The position numbers and the translations under genes are program-made. A DNA stretch of 64,000 nucleotides, taken from positions 95,048,001 to 95,112,000 of the forward strand of contig NW_024704743.1 in the NCBI RefSeq assembly GCF_018977255.1. Reading direction: 5' to 3'. Below are positions 25,411 to 37,469 of the stretch, in pieces (positions within the stretch are counted from its first letter, which is position 1; every line of letters begins with the position of its first letter). Source of the stretch: Callorhinchus milii (Eukaryota). The notes beneath the pieces are model-generated. The model saw only the letters and a list, made by a program, of their open reading frames with translations, made no database searches and was not told where the DNA came from.

Positions 25411-27329
25411 AATATACTGTTTCACTGGGATTTGCTGCATCAGGTACTGTTTACAATAATGAAATTAATACTTGTTAAATGAATAAAAATTTAAAAGTTT
25501 ATATAATTTTCTATCTGCTGTAGAATCAACTATAGAAAAACTTATAGAGGTTGTGCCTGAAAATGTACCAGAAGGGTGCCTGCAAACCCCCAGTGAAATA
25601 GTACATACTATTGATATCCAGGGGTCTATGAGTGGAGAAATTTCTACTACTTGGAATGCTCTGACATAGACTGTTGAATAATTTCACCAATAGAGTTTAA
25701 GTCAACCCATCGAATCCTTGATATGAGATATGAGATCCCACGATTTGCATACAATGTATGTGGATTGCATCCAACACTAGTCGACTAGCTTCTTACTCAT
25801 GGCATGAGCCACTCTGACATTGTTTCCTCTATGCGACGTGAGGTCGGTGTTGCAGAAAGCGCCACCGCCCTCACGTCGTGCACATTGGTGCAGTCACGAC
25901 ACACAAATGACATCAGCAGTGATATGTGGGCCCAAACCAAATGATGGGGTACCATCATTTATGACCTACGTATAATTGCAATAGTCTTTTTTGTAGTAAT
26001 GTAAATATATAATAATCCCTGGGTTTGCTATAGTGCCTTATCATGCTATCGAGATGTCTTGAAGCTCCTCGCAGGATTTTTATTGTAAAATGTACAGAAT
26101 GTATTGTCCTATTTGCAATGTAGAATTGCATTATACAGTGCATACAATAATATTGTTTGCTGATTCATGGTCGTATCACCTGAATAAAAGTTCAGACCAA
26201 AATTAATAGTATCCTTTTACAATCCTTATATGCCTACAGAGTGTTGGAACCTGTGGTAAGACAATATTTGAATGTTTACAATGGGAAATGTGCAAGTATG
26301 GCCACTGGGTGGTGATGCATAATTATAGTTCAATCTGCAGATATTTTGTGAAGTATTCAAATATCTTTTGTGAGCATCAATATCATTACCAGATTGGCAA
26401 AAACATTCTATCATTGGAAAAGATTTCTGTGAAAGTCAGAGGCAAAATTCTAACATCAAAAAACAGTTGAGTGTGAATGGTTTCTAGTGTTCTAACTAGT
26501 GGCCTAGTGGCCTTTCAAAAAGTAAAACTGCCAGTAATGATGAATCAGTGTCCTTTTGATTTAATAAAGTGAGAGGAACTTAATATGTAGCCTCGTGAGA
26601 AGAGTGGCAGAAGTATCTGATACAGAAATTATATAATTACAATTATATATATTATATAACCTGAACAGAAATTATATAACAACAATAACTTGCATTTATA
26701 TAGTGCCCCTCATGCAGGGTAGCGTCCCAGAGCGCTTAACAAATGCACCAAATATATTTAGTTTGTTCAAAGTGTGATAAGAAATTGATACTGAGAGCAC
26801 AGGTAATAGTTCTTGACATAGAACTTTATCACGATTTCTGTAAATGTTGTAAAGAATGGCGACTGTGTATTTGCAGGCAAATTTGTAAACACTACAGACA
26901 TGTAATGAATGATCAGCTTTTTTAATCTGAGGGATTTTTTGCCCGGTCCACAGGAAAAAAACTCCTTCTTTTCAAATCGAGGAATCTTTAACATCCACCT
27001 GAACAGACAGATTGGTTTAACATCTCATCTGAAGGACAGCACCTCCAACAATGCAGTACACTACCAACATTGCATTGGATTGTCATCTTAGACTATGTTA
27101 GTTCCAAATCCCAACGGGGACTTGAACCCACAAATTGTACAACCCACAAATTTGGTAATTAACAATTTCTCTGGGTTATTATTAGCTCTGGAATCAACTA
27201 CATACAGTTAACAACAACTTGCATTTATATAGTGCCCATCACGCAGGGAAGGGTCTTAGAGCCCTTAATAAAGTTTTGTGGACAAAATGTATGATGCCAC
27301 ATTTAACTAAACTTTTGTTTTTTCTATAG

Positions 27330-27393
27330 GGATTGATTTCAGGGTAAAAACGGTCAGGGTGAATGATAATGCCACAGTTAGGCTACAAGTATG
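27330..27393 (+). CDS. RAB10-like coding exon 2 (IDFRVKTVRVNDNATVRLQVW)
   Basis: Pyrimidine tract plus tatag| acceptor, |gtaagt donor; RabF1 (IGIDF) and RabF2 (RLQVW) motifs; 64 nt. Confidence 0.92.
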
Positions 27394-27517
27394 GTAAGTT
27401 AATTTTGAATATAAATTCTAATAGAATTCATCCATTGAAAACATAATCCTCAGTTTATCTTCTTTTACTCTTTTCCTGAAAAATGGACACAATGACTTGT
27501 GCTTTGTTTATTGGTAG

Positions 27518-27656
27518 GGACACAGCTGGCCAGGAACGGTTTCATACACTTACAACTCATTATTTTCGAGGGTCAAATGGTCTTATGCTTGTCTATGATA
27601 TTACAAATTTAAATACTTTCAATAATATCACGTGGTGGATTAAAGATACTGTTGAG
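27518..27656 (+). CDS. RAB10-like coding exon 3 ([46 protein letters not shown])
   Basis: tag| acceptor, |gtgagt donor; G3 WDTAGQE, RabF3-F5 (LVYDIT); 139 nt; ORF 27483..27806. Confidence 0.95.
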
Positions 27657-27733
27657 GTGAGTTTTTTTCCAGAATATACTACTGCTTTTGTTTGCTATAC
27701 TGGTTTGATCTTAATTGACCATAGTCAATTAGA

Positions 27734-28109
27734 GAGTCCTGTAGCTCAGTGGTTAGAGCACTCGCCTCGCAAGCAAGAGATCTGGGTTCAATTCCTAGCA
27801 GGGTGAAACGTTGGGCAAATTTCTTTATTAGACACGCCTCTGTTTACCTAGCAGTAAGTAGGAACCCACTTGTTAGTTAATTGGCGGATCGCTTTTCCAG
27901 GGGTAATAATTCCTTCAAAAAAATAATAATAATAAATTGATCACTTCAATCCACGACTGTTTGTGGGACACTGTGTGCGCAATTGGCTGCCGCATTTTTC
28001 CCACAAAATATACAGTCAATTCACTTTATAGTATATTTTGTGAAGCGCTTTGAGATGTCTCGAAGACGTGATAAGGCGCTATATCAAATGGAAGGATTAT
28101 TATTATTAT
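27734..28109 (+). mobile_element. Full-length tRNA-derived SINE, long variant, in Rab intron 3
   Basis: gagtcctgtagctcagtggttagagc...gggttcaattcc head; ends ggattattattatt. Confidence 0.92.
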
Positions 28110-29133
28110 AGTCATATGTATACAACAACTTGCATTTATTTGGTGTCCTCCACGCAGAGTGCTTAACAGTGCGGAGGCTAACTACGAGCCGGGTGTGGGG
28201 GTGGGGTAGAAAATATTATGAAAAACTGAGTAAATTTTGTTTCCTGCTTCGATAACATTTAATTTATAGTAGGAAAATCAGTATTGGTCTATTTCTATTT
28301 AGTAGGATTTATTCACTTTGTTTCATGGAATTTCCCAAGAATTGTTAATGAATTTTAAAGAAAACTTTTTTAGGTCAGCCGATTATCTGACACATGCAGA
28401 AATCCATCACCATGCTTTAGAGTATCCAAGCAAAATGAATGAAAATTTCCATTTGTCTGGAATGGAGTGCACAGCTTCTCCCTGGAGGAATGCATGCTGC
28501 TCACCTAATCCTGGAGAATATCAGGTGAAGGTTGGTTGGCAAGGTCCTCTGGGCTTGAATATTATTCAAGCAGGAAACAAAATTGACTCTGTTTTACATA
28601 GAGTATGTAAGAAGTATGTAGAGATTAATGTATTACTTATCATGGAAAATATAGCAACTATGGTCAGTTATCGATAGACTTACATATTGTAGAGGCAGCC
28701 TCAATGAAAAATGAGAGATACTCTGAGAAACCTTGCCTATATGTATAAAGTATTAATATTACAGGTAATAAAAGCATGGGTTCTTTAAAATAATAGCTGA
28801 ATGATTTTCTTCATGAAGATTGAATGACTTACATTTTGTCAACTTAAGACAGCTTGGAGAAAAAAAGGCCATTGTATAAGACTTTCAATATCATGCGCAC
28901 ATATTCAGCTGATCGCATTCTAAATCCCTACAATTAATGCATTGTTAGAAAGGAACAGAAGGAATCTTTTGGTTATATAAAATGACTCAATTTGTGGTTA
29001 CTGTATTAAAACAGTACAACATAGCTTAATGATTAAATAGTCAGATAAAGGATAGATGTAGATTTTTGAAGACGTGATACATCGCAAATACATGAAAACC
29101 CCATTAAATGCACAACAATGAATTTTGTTTTAG

Positions 29134-29222
29134 AATGCAGGAAAGGATGTTGGCCAAGTATTAATTGGCAACAAATGTGACTTACAAGTGAACGGGGAGT
29201 TACATTGGACAAAGGAAAACAG
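29134..29222 (+). CDS. RAB10-like coding exon 4 (NAGKDVGQVLIGNKCDL / frameshift / SERGVTLDKGKQ)
   Basis: tttag| acceptor, |gtacat donor; G4 NKCD; the exon is 89 nt between phase-0 neighbours, i.e. one base short near 29184-29187. Confidence 0.85.
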
Positions 29223-29926
29223 GTACATTTTATATATTCACAATGGGTTACAATTTAGTCACTTCGAAATGAAAGCTATTGTAAATTGTTTGAAAAATAA
29301 TCTTCTAATTCTGAACTTTGATAACTGGATATGCATTATAAAGCATCGTACTGATAGAAAAAGAACAAAGCATGGAATGCAAAAAGACATTTTGACTAAT
29401 CAATCCCACTCCCTCCACAACCACCAAAATCTCCCTTTCATAGGCTTCATCTTCTCTATCTCAAGGGAGAGAATTCTGAATCCTATTGTTAGGTTATAAA
29501 GAAAAGATTGTTAATTTTAGCAATCAGTATGTATAGATCCTGAAGTCAAATGCCCTCAAGATACAACCTAATGTTTAATTTAGTTTGTTTGCAGTAGTCT
29601 CACATTGCCTCAAAACCTCTAGGTATGTTCAATAATCACACCCAGATTCTTTTCTTTTTTCACTTCTGCTGATAGCCACTCCTCCATTGTATGCACATAT
29701 AACTACACAAAGTTTCTTGTTCCAACTTACATTTATCAACAATAAAATCTATCCACGCCTCAATATGCCATCCACATAATCAATCCAGATCTCTATTGAT
29801 CCTCCTTAGATTATTCACTTGCCCAAACAGCTGGTAGTTTTATAAACAAATTCTCTCCTCGGGATCATTGTGCATCTGTAATTGGTTCCATGGATATAAA
29901 TAATATGTACTGGTTTGTATTTCAAG

Positions 29927-30028
29927 CTTGCCCAGGAACATGATATGCAATTCTTTGAGACAAGTGCAAAAGATGATATAAACATTGAGCAAGCATTTTC
30001 AGCCCTAGCAGAAGAAATAATTAAAAAG
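29927..30028 (+). CDS. RAB10-like coding exon 5 ([34 protein letters not shown])
   Basis: ttcaag| acceptor, |gtatga donor; G5 ETSAK; 102 nt, phase 0-0. Confidence 0.92.
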
Positions 30029-30134
30029 GTATGATATGTTCAGCTTAAAGTGACAACCACATGCAAAGCAATCTCTCAAGCATAAACAAAAAAATGTTTG
30101 AGGAGGTACAGCAGTATGAAAGCCAAAAAAAACA

Positions 30135-30575
30135 CAGTTGTGCTCTGACCCACACAGCTCTCTCCTACCTAAAATATTGCCCACTTCTGCTATTACTTCT
30201 CCCCTGATGGTCGCTGAGCCCATCGTCCCACCTTTATCCCTTCCAGACTTAATTATGCCAATGCTCTGCTCGTCAGATTTCCCAGCTCTTCCCTACACAA
30301 GCTTCAATCTATGCAGAACTCTGCAGTCCTTGTCCTCTTCCGCACTAATCTCCATGAGCCTCTAACTCCAAACCTCGCTCGGCTCCACTGGCTCCCCATC
30401 CCTCAGCAAATTGAGTTCAAGATCCTTGTTTTCACCTTTAAATGCCTCCCCTCACCCTATGTCTGCGACTTTCTCAAACCCTACAGACCCAGCCTCTTCT
30501 TTCACTCCGTGTGCACTGGCCAGCTTCATGTCCCTTGCCCTATTGTCCCACCATTGACGGGCGGGCTTTTAGTCT
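30135..30575 (+). mobile_element. Degenerate L2 LINE fragment
   Basis: QNSA...LARLHWLPIPQQIEFKILVFTFK peptide (ORF 30311..30640). Confidence 0.8.
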
Positions 30576-31424
30576 TTCTAAAAACTACTAGAAGAATTTG
30601 TTGTGTATATACTGTATACATATGCATTTATAAGCACTAATCAAGAAGTTAAACTCAACAACAACAACAAGATTACATTGTATAGCGCCTTTCACGTCGG
30701 GATGACGTCCCAAGGCGCTGGACAGTGTACAGCATTTCAGCATTTACAGCCTGCAAGCGTCCACATGAAAATATACAGAATCAGCATAGCATCACCTAGA
30801 AGCTGAAAGTCTATTTTACAAAGATTGTGGTACGAACAGGCCATAATGATCATTATATATCGTCACCATGTTCTGGTTTTTAGAGTCAGATATTTTTCTT
30901 TCAATAGTTTATTTAAGAAATAACTAGGAGGAAATGAGTAAACAAAGGCTATATTTTACACTATAGTAAACACACATAGCAATGATAGCTCACCAACAGT
31001 GTTTTGTAGAAAATTGCATAAATTTGATATGGAAAAATGTGGCTCATTTAAATTGTTTCAAATTAATATCTAAAAAGACTATTAATTTAAGACTATCATA
31101 AAATTAATTTGTAGCAAATGATCTTTAATTAGATAGCATTTCAAAATCAATCAAATAAACTTTAAGCATAAACTAATTTTTGGCATTCAATTACAGCAAA
31201 TTAATCTTTTTCCTTTAAAACATGTTGAATTATAATCTTTGAAGTGCCACATATTCAGAAAGGAATATCAGATTTGGTTAATTTAGAAAATGTAATTAAA
31301 TTATATTCCTATGGCTCCAATAATTTTCCAATTTACCAAAAAAATGTAGATTTTTTACTGTAAGTACTTTGAATTCCTCACATTGAATTTCTCATAGGGT
31401 AATGCTACCTTTATTCTTTTCTAG

Positions 31425-31502
31425 AATCCAAACATTTTGCAAAAACTTGTGGTTGTGGTTGAACCTGAGGAACCTCAGAATCAAGGCTGTTGCAGTAGAT
31501 GA
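31425..31502 (+). CDS. RAB10-like terminal coding exon (NPNILQKLVVVVEPEEPQNQGCCSR*)
   Basis: Strong pyrimidine tract plus ctag| acceptor; ends in a CCXX geranylgeranylation motif, then TGA 31500-31502. Confidence 0.85.
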   Translation, partial: NPNILQKLVVVVEPEEPQNQGCCSR

Positions 31503-33823
31503 ATTACCAAAGACAGGATGACTGCAGAACCACAGATTAAATTGCACTGTAATTTAGCTAATGGGTGGGTCAAGTTAGTGTTGCCCAGAAAAAAAAGCTT
31601 CCCAAGTTCAAAGTCTGCTACTTGAACAGTAATGTTTTAACTTTTTTACTATTGACTCTAGGAAAGACAGTTTTATCTTACAGTACAAAAGATCACAACC
31701 TCCTTTCATGAAACTGCAGTCCAAACATAACTCTGATTTGTTCTCCCTCTCAACTAATCATCTTTATTTGCCCTGTCTGACTTGTTTTAATTGGAACTCC
31801 CATAAGTAGGGTGTGTAACAATCAAAATTAAAAAGGCCAACAAATCAGTTTCGTATTTGTCCAGTTAACTATTTCTTCACTTTCTTCCTAATTTTAGGGT
31901 CACGAGGCTTAAAATGCAACCTGTCATAGTCTATAAGACAATTTTGCTGTAAATTCAAGATTGCGCCGAATTGTGGATAATTTTTAAATTCACTATTAAT
32001 TTGGAAGCAAGTTTTCTGCAATTCTTGCAATGCAATTTTTATATTTTTCTTGGAGCAGGGATTAGACCTAATGTGCACCTTACAAAGAGGATTTAGTTAT
32101 TGGGTAATCAAATCATTCCACTATCAACTTCATCTCTTTCTCAGTTAAATGCGGGGTACAATACCCTCTACATTAGCCCCAAGACTAGGCATAAGTACTA
32201 TAGTAAGATTGCTCAGAGTTGTTCGACTTCTCACCCTAACGGACAACAGGAAAAACTTAGAAGTTGTATAGAAATAGTTATACAACTTATAAGTTTGGGC
32301 TGCATTTAAATCTCAATCTTAAACATAACCAACAAAAACAACTTGCACTTATATTGTGCCCTTCACATAGAGTAGCACCTCAGGGTGATGACCAATATAT
32401 TGGGCAAACACAGTTTACCACCCACTTTGTATTTATTTTAAAGAATTTTGTTTATGTTAGTTATTGAAATTATGATAGTAATTTATAAAGATGGACAAAT
32501 TGGAAACATAATATTCTCAATATATTACCAAATGAGTTGCACGCTCTATCAAATACAGTATAGCAAAATTCTAACTATATTGATGTCACCCTGGCTCAGT
32601 TGATAGGACTCTTGAGTCTGAAAGCTGTGGGTTCAGGCCGCATGTCGGAACTTTAAACTCATATTGTCTCAGCTGACATTTCAATGTAGTATAGGGTACA
32701 GTGCATTATCAGAAGTGTCATTGTTTGGGTGAAACCTTAAATCGAGGTTAAACCAAGGTTTAAATCACCATCTGTTCAGGTAGACGTTAAAGATTGCATG
32801 AAGGTAACATACTCACTCCTAACTCGAGATCCCACTCGACCTTTGAGATGTTTTCTCTGAATGAAAGGTGTGACATAATGCAAATTGTTGTTGGCAAGCT
32901 GGAAATTTGAACTAGCTCCATGCCAAATTATTAAAACAGAGTTGATGGGGGAGTAGTAAATGCACAAAATTTAACTTCAATGTTAGCTTATGGCATTTTA
33001 AAGATGAAGGACAAAATCCTCTGGAGAGAAGTGTAAGACACTTCAGACAAAGCTCTGTTTGTCTTTATATTACTTCATAATACAAGTTGCTTTAGTATAA
33101 TATTACATTATTTTTATTGTAATATAAATAAATAGTAAATAATCCTTTCATTTGATACAGAACCTTTCATGTCTGGAAAATCTCTCACAGCGCTTCACAA
33201 GATTTATTGTGTAGTGACTGCGCATTTTGTAGGCAAACACAAAAGGTCATTGGAAGAAATTCTCTTCTATTTATTTACTATTATACTAGGGTATGAAGAG
33301 AGTGGTTGACGCTAAGCTATTGAATAAGAAATTTCTTGTACACAATTCACTTGCAACTCCAAAATTTAGCATTCATTAATTTTCCATACATACCATTTAT
33401 TCTCTCATATTGTGAAATAAATTTTGTAAAAAAAGTTAATTGTCAATGAATTTAGTCACTGATTCACCAACCAGTCAGTTTCTGTGAAGTGTAGTGGCTT
33501 TGCTATTGTAGTCCAATGATATATCTTATGAAACGAAAGCCAGATACACTGTTTGGATTGGCCCTTTCACACATAGGAAAAAACACAGGATGACAATTGC
33601 CAATGTATAACTTTACAGTTGTGATACTCGATTGGTTAGCAGTACATTCCAGAATTTAATGGGAGGGATAAACTGACTCTCCAACCATGAACTGAATCAA
33701 TTCAGTCCCATTTACCTGCTTTATTCCCTTACCCTTCAAATTATTGAGTTGCCCTAATGACCTTTTTTTTAAAAAACAATCCTCCTGAATCCCCCCTCTC
33801 CCCCCCACCTCCCTTTGCTCCTT

Positions 33824-34147
33824 TAATAATAATAATAATAATAATAATCCTTGCATTTGATATAGCGCTTTTCACGTCGGGAGGACGTCCCAAAGCGCTT
33901 CACAGAACACACTGTAAAGTGAATTGACTGTATATTTGTGGGCGAACGCGGCAGCCAATTGCGCACAGCAATGTCCCACAAACAGTTGTAGATTGAAAAT
34001 GACCAATTTATTATTGGTTTTGGTTTTGGAGGGATTATTATTAGGCGTGTGGAGTAAGGAAACTTGCCCAAGGTTTCGCCCTGCCTGGAATTGAACTCAG
34101 GTCTCTCGCTTGCAAAGCGAGTGCTCTAACCACTGAGCTACAGGACT
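33824..34147 (-). mobile_element. Full-length tRNA(Ala)-like SINE, short young variant
   Basis: A/B boxes and TGC anticodon-like loop; nearly identical to the copies at 49790 and 51288. Confidence 0.92.
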
Positions 34148-34229
34148 TTGGTAATTATCTAAATTGATGCCTTCTCGTCATTGATTTGTGAACCAGTTAG
34201 TGCATTCTATTGACTTCCTATTGAAATGT

Positions 34230-34545
34230 GGAGTCCTGTAGCTCAGTAGTTAGAGCACTCGCCTTGGAGGCGAGGCACCTGGGTTCAATTCTAGGCAGGG
34301 CAAAACCTTGGGCAAGTTTCCTTACTCCACACGCCTAATAATAATCCCTCCAAAACAAAAAAACAATAATAAATTGGTCATTTTCAATCCACGACTGTTT
34401 GTGGGACACTGCTGTGCGCAATTGGCTGCTGCGTTTCGCCCACAAATATATGGTCAATTCACTTTACAGCATTTTCTGTGAAGCGCTTTGAGACGTCGAG
34501 AAGACGTGAAAAGTGCTATATCAAATGCAAGGATTATTATTATTA
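34230..34545 (+). mobile_element. Full-length SINE, short variant
   Basis: ggagtcctgtagctcag head to aatgcaaggattattattatt tail. Confidence 0.92.
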
Positions 34546-35261
34546 AGTATCAAATTGTTTCTTATATGAGTCCAATGTAATGGTCTCAATTATCATTCCT
34601 GGTAATCCATTACATATGTTAATTACCCTTTGTAAAGAAATGTTTCCTGGTGTCTGTCGTAAAATTGACCTTCACAACCTTGAACCTATGTCCTCTGATC
34701 TTCCTGCCTTTAGGAATGTCAAAACAAGATCATTTCTGCATCTCATAGTTCCACCCTGTGTCTTTTGTGATACATATAATTTTAGACAAGTAGCAACATG
34801 ATCTTTACCTTAAGTAAGAATACACTAATGTTTCAAGTGATGATCTTGGGTTGGGTTCTGCATTTTATTGCAGCTTGTCAATTCTCTGGATTTTCAGCCA
34901 GCAACAAATGTTTCATAGTCAACAAAAGCCATTTATTTTCATTGTTAAATTCCTCAATACCTAACATGTTAAATCATTACAATAATTTTTAATGTTTTCA
35001 TCCATTGTTTATTATGTATATTACTTTGAACTAGTATAATTAGCTTGCCCTGAAAGAGAAGCAAAAACTAAATTAAAATATAAGTGTACTGAATTTATGA
35101 AAATTTGATTTTTTTACAAAAAAGAAAAATAATACATAATAATAATCCTTGCATTTGATATAGCGCCTCATCACGTCTTCAAGACATCACAAAGCGTTTC
35201 ACAGAATATACTGTAAAGTGAATTGACCACCGTATATTTTATGATATATAATATTTTTTTT

Positions 35262-37469
35262 ACTGCACCCCCTCCTGCTCTACCTCAGCCGACTTCTCCT
35301 CCCTCCTCTCTTCCCTTAACCTCTCCCTCCTCATCCACTCCCCCACTCACGTCCGTGGCCTCCCCCTTGACCCTGGTGATCACCCGGGGCCTTACCATCT
35401 CGGACATCACCATCATCGATAAAGCCATCTCGGATCACCACTTCATCTCCCTCAACACCTCAGCATCCCTTCCCCTTTCTCAACCCTCCACCATCACATA
35501 CCGTCCGTGGAAAAAAATTCTCTCCCTCTCCACTGCCCTGGAGTCATCTGAACTCCTACGTCTCTGGCCCTCCCTGACCGATCTCCCCTCCTCACTCTCT
35601 TTTCTCCACAACTCCCTCTCCTCCATTCTGGACTCCCTTGCCTCCCTCACCTCCCGAACTGCCTCACACTACCGTAAATCCCCCTGGTACACTAACCACC
35701 TCTGTTCCCTCAAGGCACAAGTGCGAGCAGCCGAACATGCCTGGATCAATTCCAAACTGATGGTCCATCGGCAGATTTGGCTTCACCACACCAAGATCTA
35801 CCACTGTGCTCTTGCCTCCACCAAATCCTCCTTCTACTTGCCGGCTTCTCTTTTCCACCACAAACCGTCTCCTCCATCCACCTTGCCATGCCGCGCCTAT
35901 CCTCTCCTCAAACTCCAACTGTGAGGAGATGCTGGATTTCCTCAAAACCCAAATGGAGGGAATACGTTCAGCCACCTCTGCCCCATCCACCGCCACCCCC
36001 CACATCACCTCTCCCTCATGATCCACCCCCCACCTATCTGCCCTATACTGTTTTGACCCTATCTTTGATTCCTCTCCGCGATTGTTTGCAAACTCAAACC
36101 CACCACCTGCTCCCTCGATCCCATCCCCACCTCTCTCCTCATCTCCCAGCTCCACCTTCTGGCCCCTCTCCTGTCCGACGTCATCAACCTCTCCTTGTCA
36201 ACTGGTTCAGTTCCAACTCCCCTAAAAAACAGCTGTCATCACTCCCATCCTGAAAAAACCTTCCCTGGATCTATCCCTCCTCTCCAGCTACCGCCCCATC
36301 TCTAACCTCCAATTCCTCTCCAAGGTCCTGGAACGAGTCATCGTGTTCCAGCTCCACTCCTTTCTCTCTCACCATTCCCTCTTTGAACCCCTCCAATCCG
36401 GCTTCCACGCTGCCCACAACATGGAAACAGCCCTGGGCAAAGTCACGAATGACATTCTGAACATCTGTGATCAGGGCTCCCTCTGCCTCCTTGTCTTCCT
36501 TGACCTCTCTGCCGCCTTCGACACTGTCGACCACTCCATCCTCATGCACTGCCTCTCCTCCTTACTCAATCTTCACGGATCTGCCCTTGCCTGGTTTGAT
36601 TCCTATCTCTTTCACTGTCTCCACTTTGTTGCCTCTAACAGTTCCTCCTCCAGCCCCTGCACTGTCACATCTGGCATCCCCCAGGTCTCTGTCCTTGGTC
36701 CTCTCTCCTTTAATATCTACATGCTCCCCCTTGGTGACATCATCCACAGACATGGGGTCAACTTCCACACGTATGCAGATGACACCCAATTCTATCCTTC
36801 TGCCTCCACCCTCAACTCCAGGACCACTGCTGTCCTGACAGACTGCCTGTCGGACATCAAGTCCTGGATGAGGGCAAATTTCCTACAGTTGAATGTGAAC
36901 AAGACTGAGGCCCTCCTGATTGGCTCGCGCCAGCGCCTCTGCACCTCAGGCTCTGGCAGCATCAACCTCCATGGTTGCACACTTCAACTCACCAGCCAGT
37001 CAGGAACCTAGGTGTCTTGTTCAACCCTCAACTGTCTTTTCTTCCCCACATTCAAGCCATGACCCACTCTGCCTTCCCTCACCGCCGTAACATCGCCCGA
37101 CTCCGCCACTACCTCACCTCTCAGGCCACTGAAACCCTTGTTCATGCCTTCATCACCTCCAGGCTCGACTATGCAAACGCCCTATTTGTCGGCCTTCCCA
37201 ACTCCTCCCTCCACAGGCTGCAGATAATCCAGAACTCTGCAGCCCGTGTCCTCTCCCGCACCAAACTCCGTGACCCCATCTCCTCCATTCTCACCCGACT
37301 CCATTGGCTCCCTATCCTTCAGAGGATCCAGTTCAAAATCCTGATCCTCACCTACAAAGCCCTCAATAGTCTCGCCCCACCTCCTAACCTCCTGCCAACC
37401 CGCCCGCTCCCTCCACTCAGCCAGCTCCGGCCTGCTCCACGTCACCCGACCCACCTGCCAGACCATTGG
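35262..37469 (+). mobile_element. L2 LINE (same subfamily as 11561-13000), endonuclease end through RT, 3' end missing
   Basis: ISDHHFI (APE endonuclease C-terminal motif), SPWYT, DLSAAFDTVDH, GIPQVSVLGP, YADDTQ; breaks off at ccattgg 37463-37469. Confidence 0.93.

Noticed and set aside
21993..31502. Assignment as RAB8A/B, RAB13, canonical RAB10, or a processed pseudogene
   Set aside because: The six-exon layout and ERFHT favour the RAB10 type over the eight-exon RAB8/13; it is too divergent and in the wrong neighbourhood for canonical RAB10; introns exclude retrocopying. No symbol assigned.
33823..34071. Recurrent short ORFs ending KRYIKCKDYYY
   Set aside because: Incidental translations of SINE tails, repeated at every copy.
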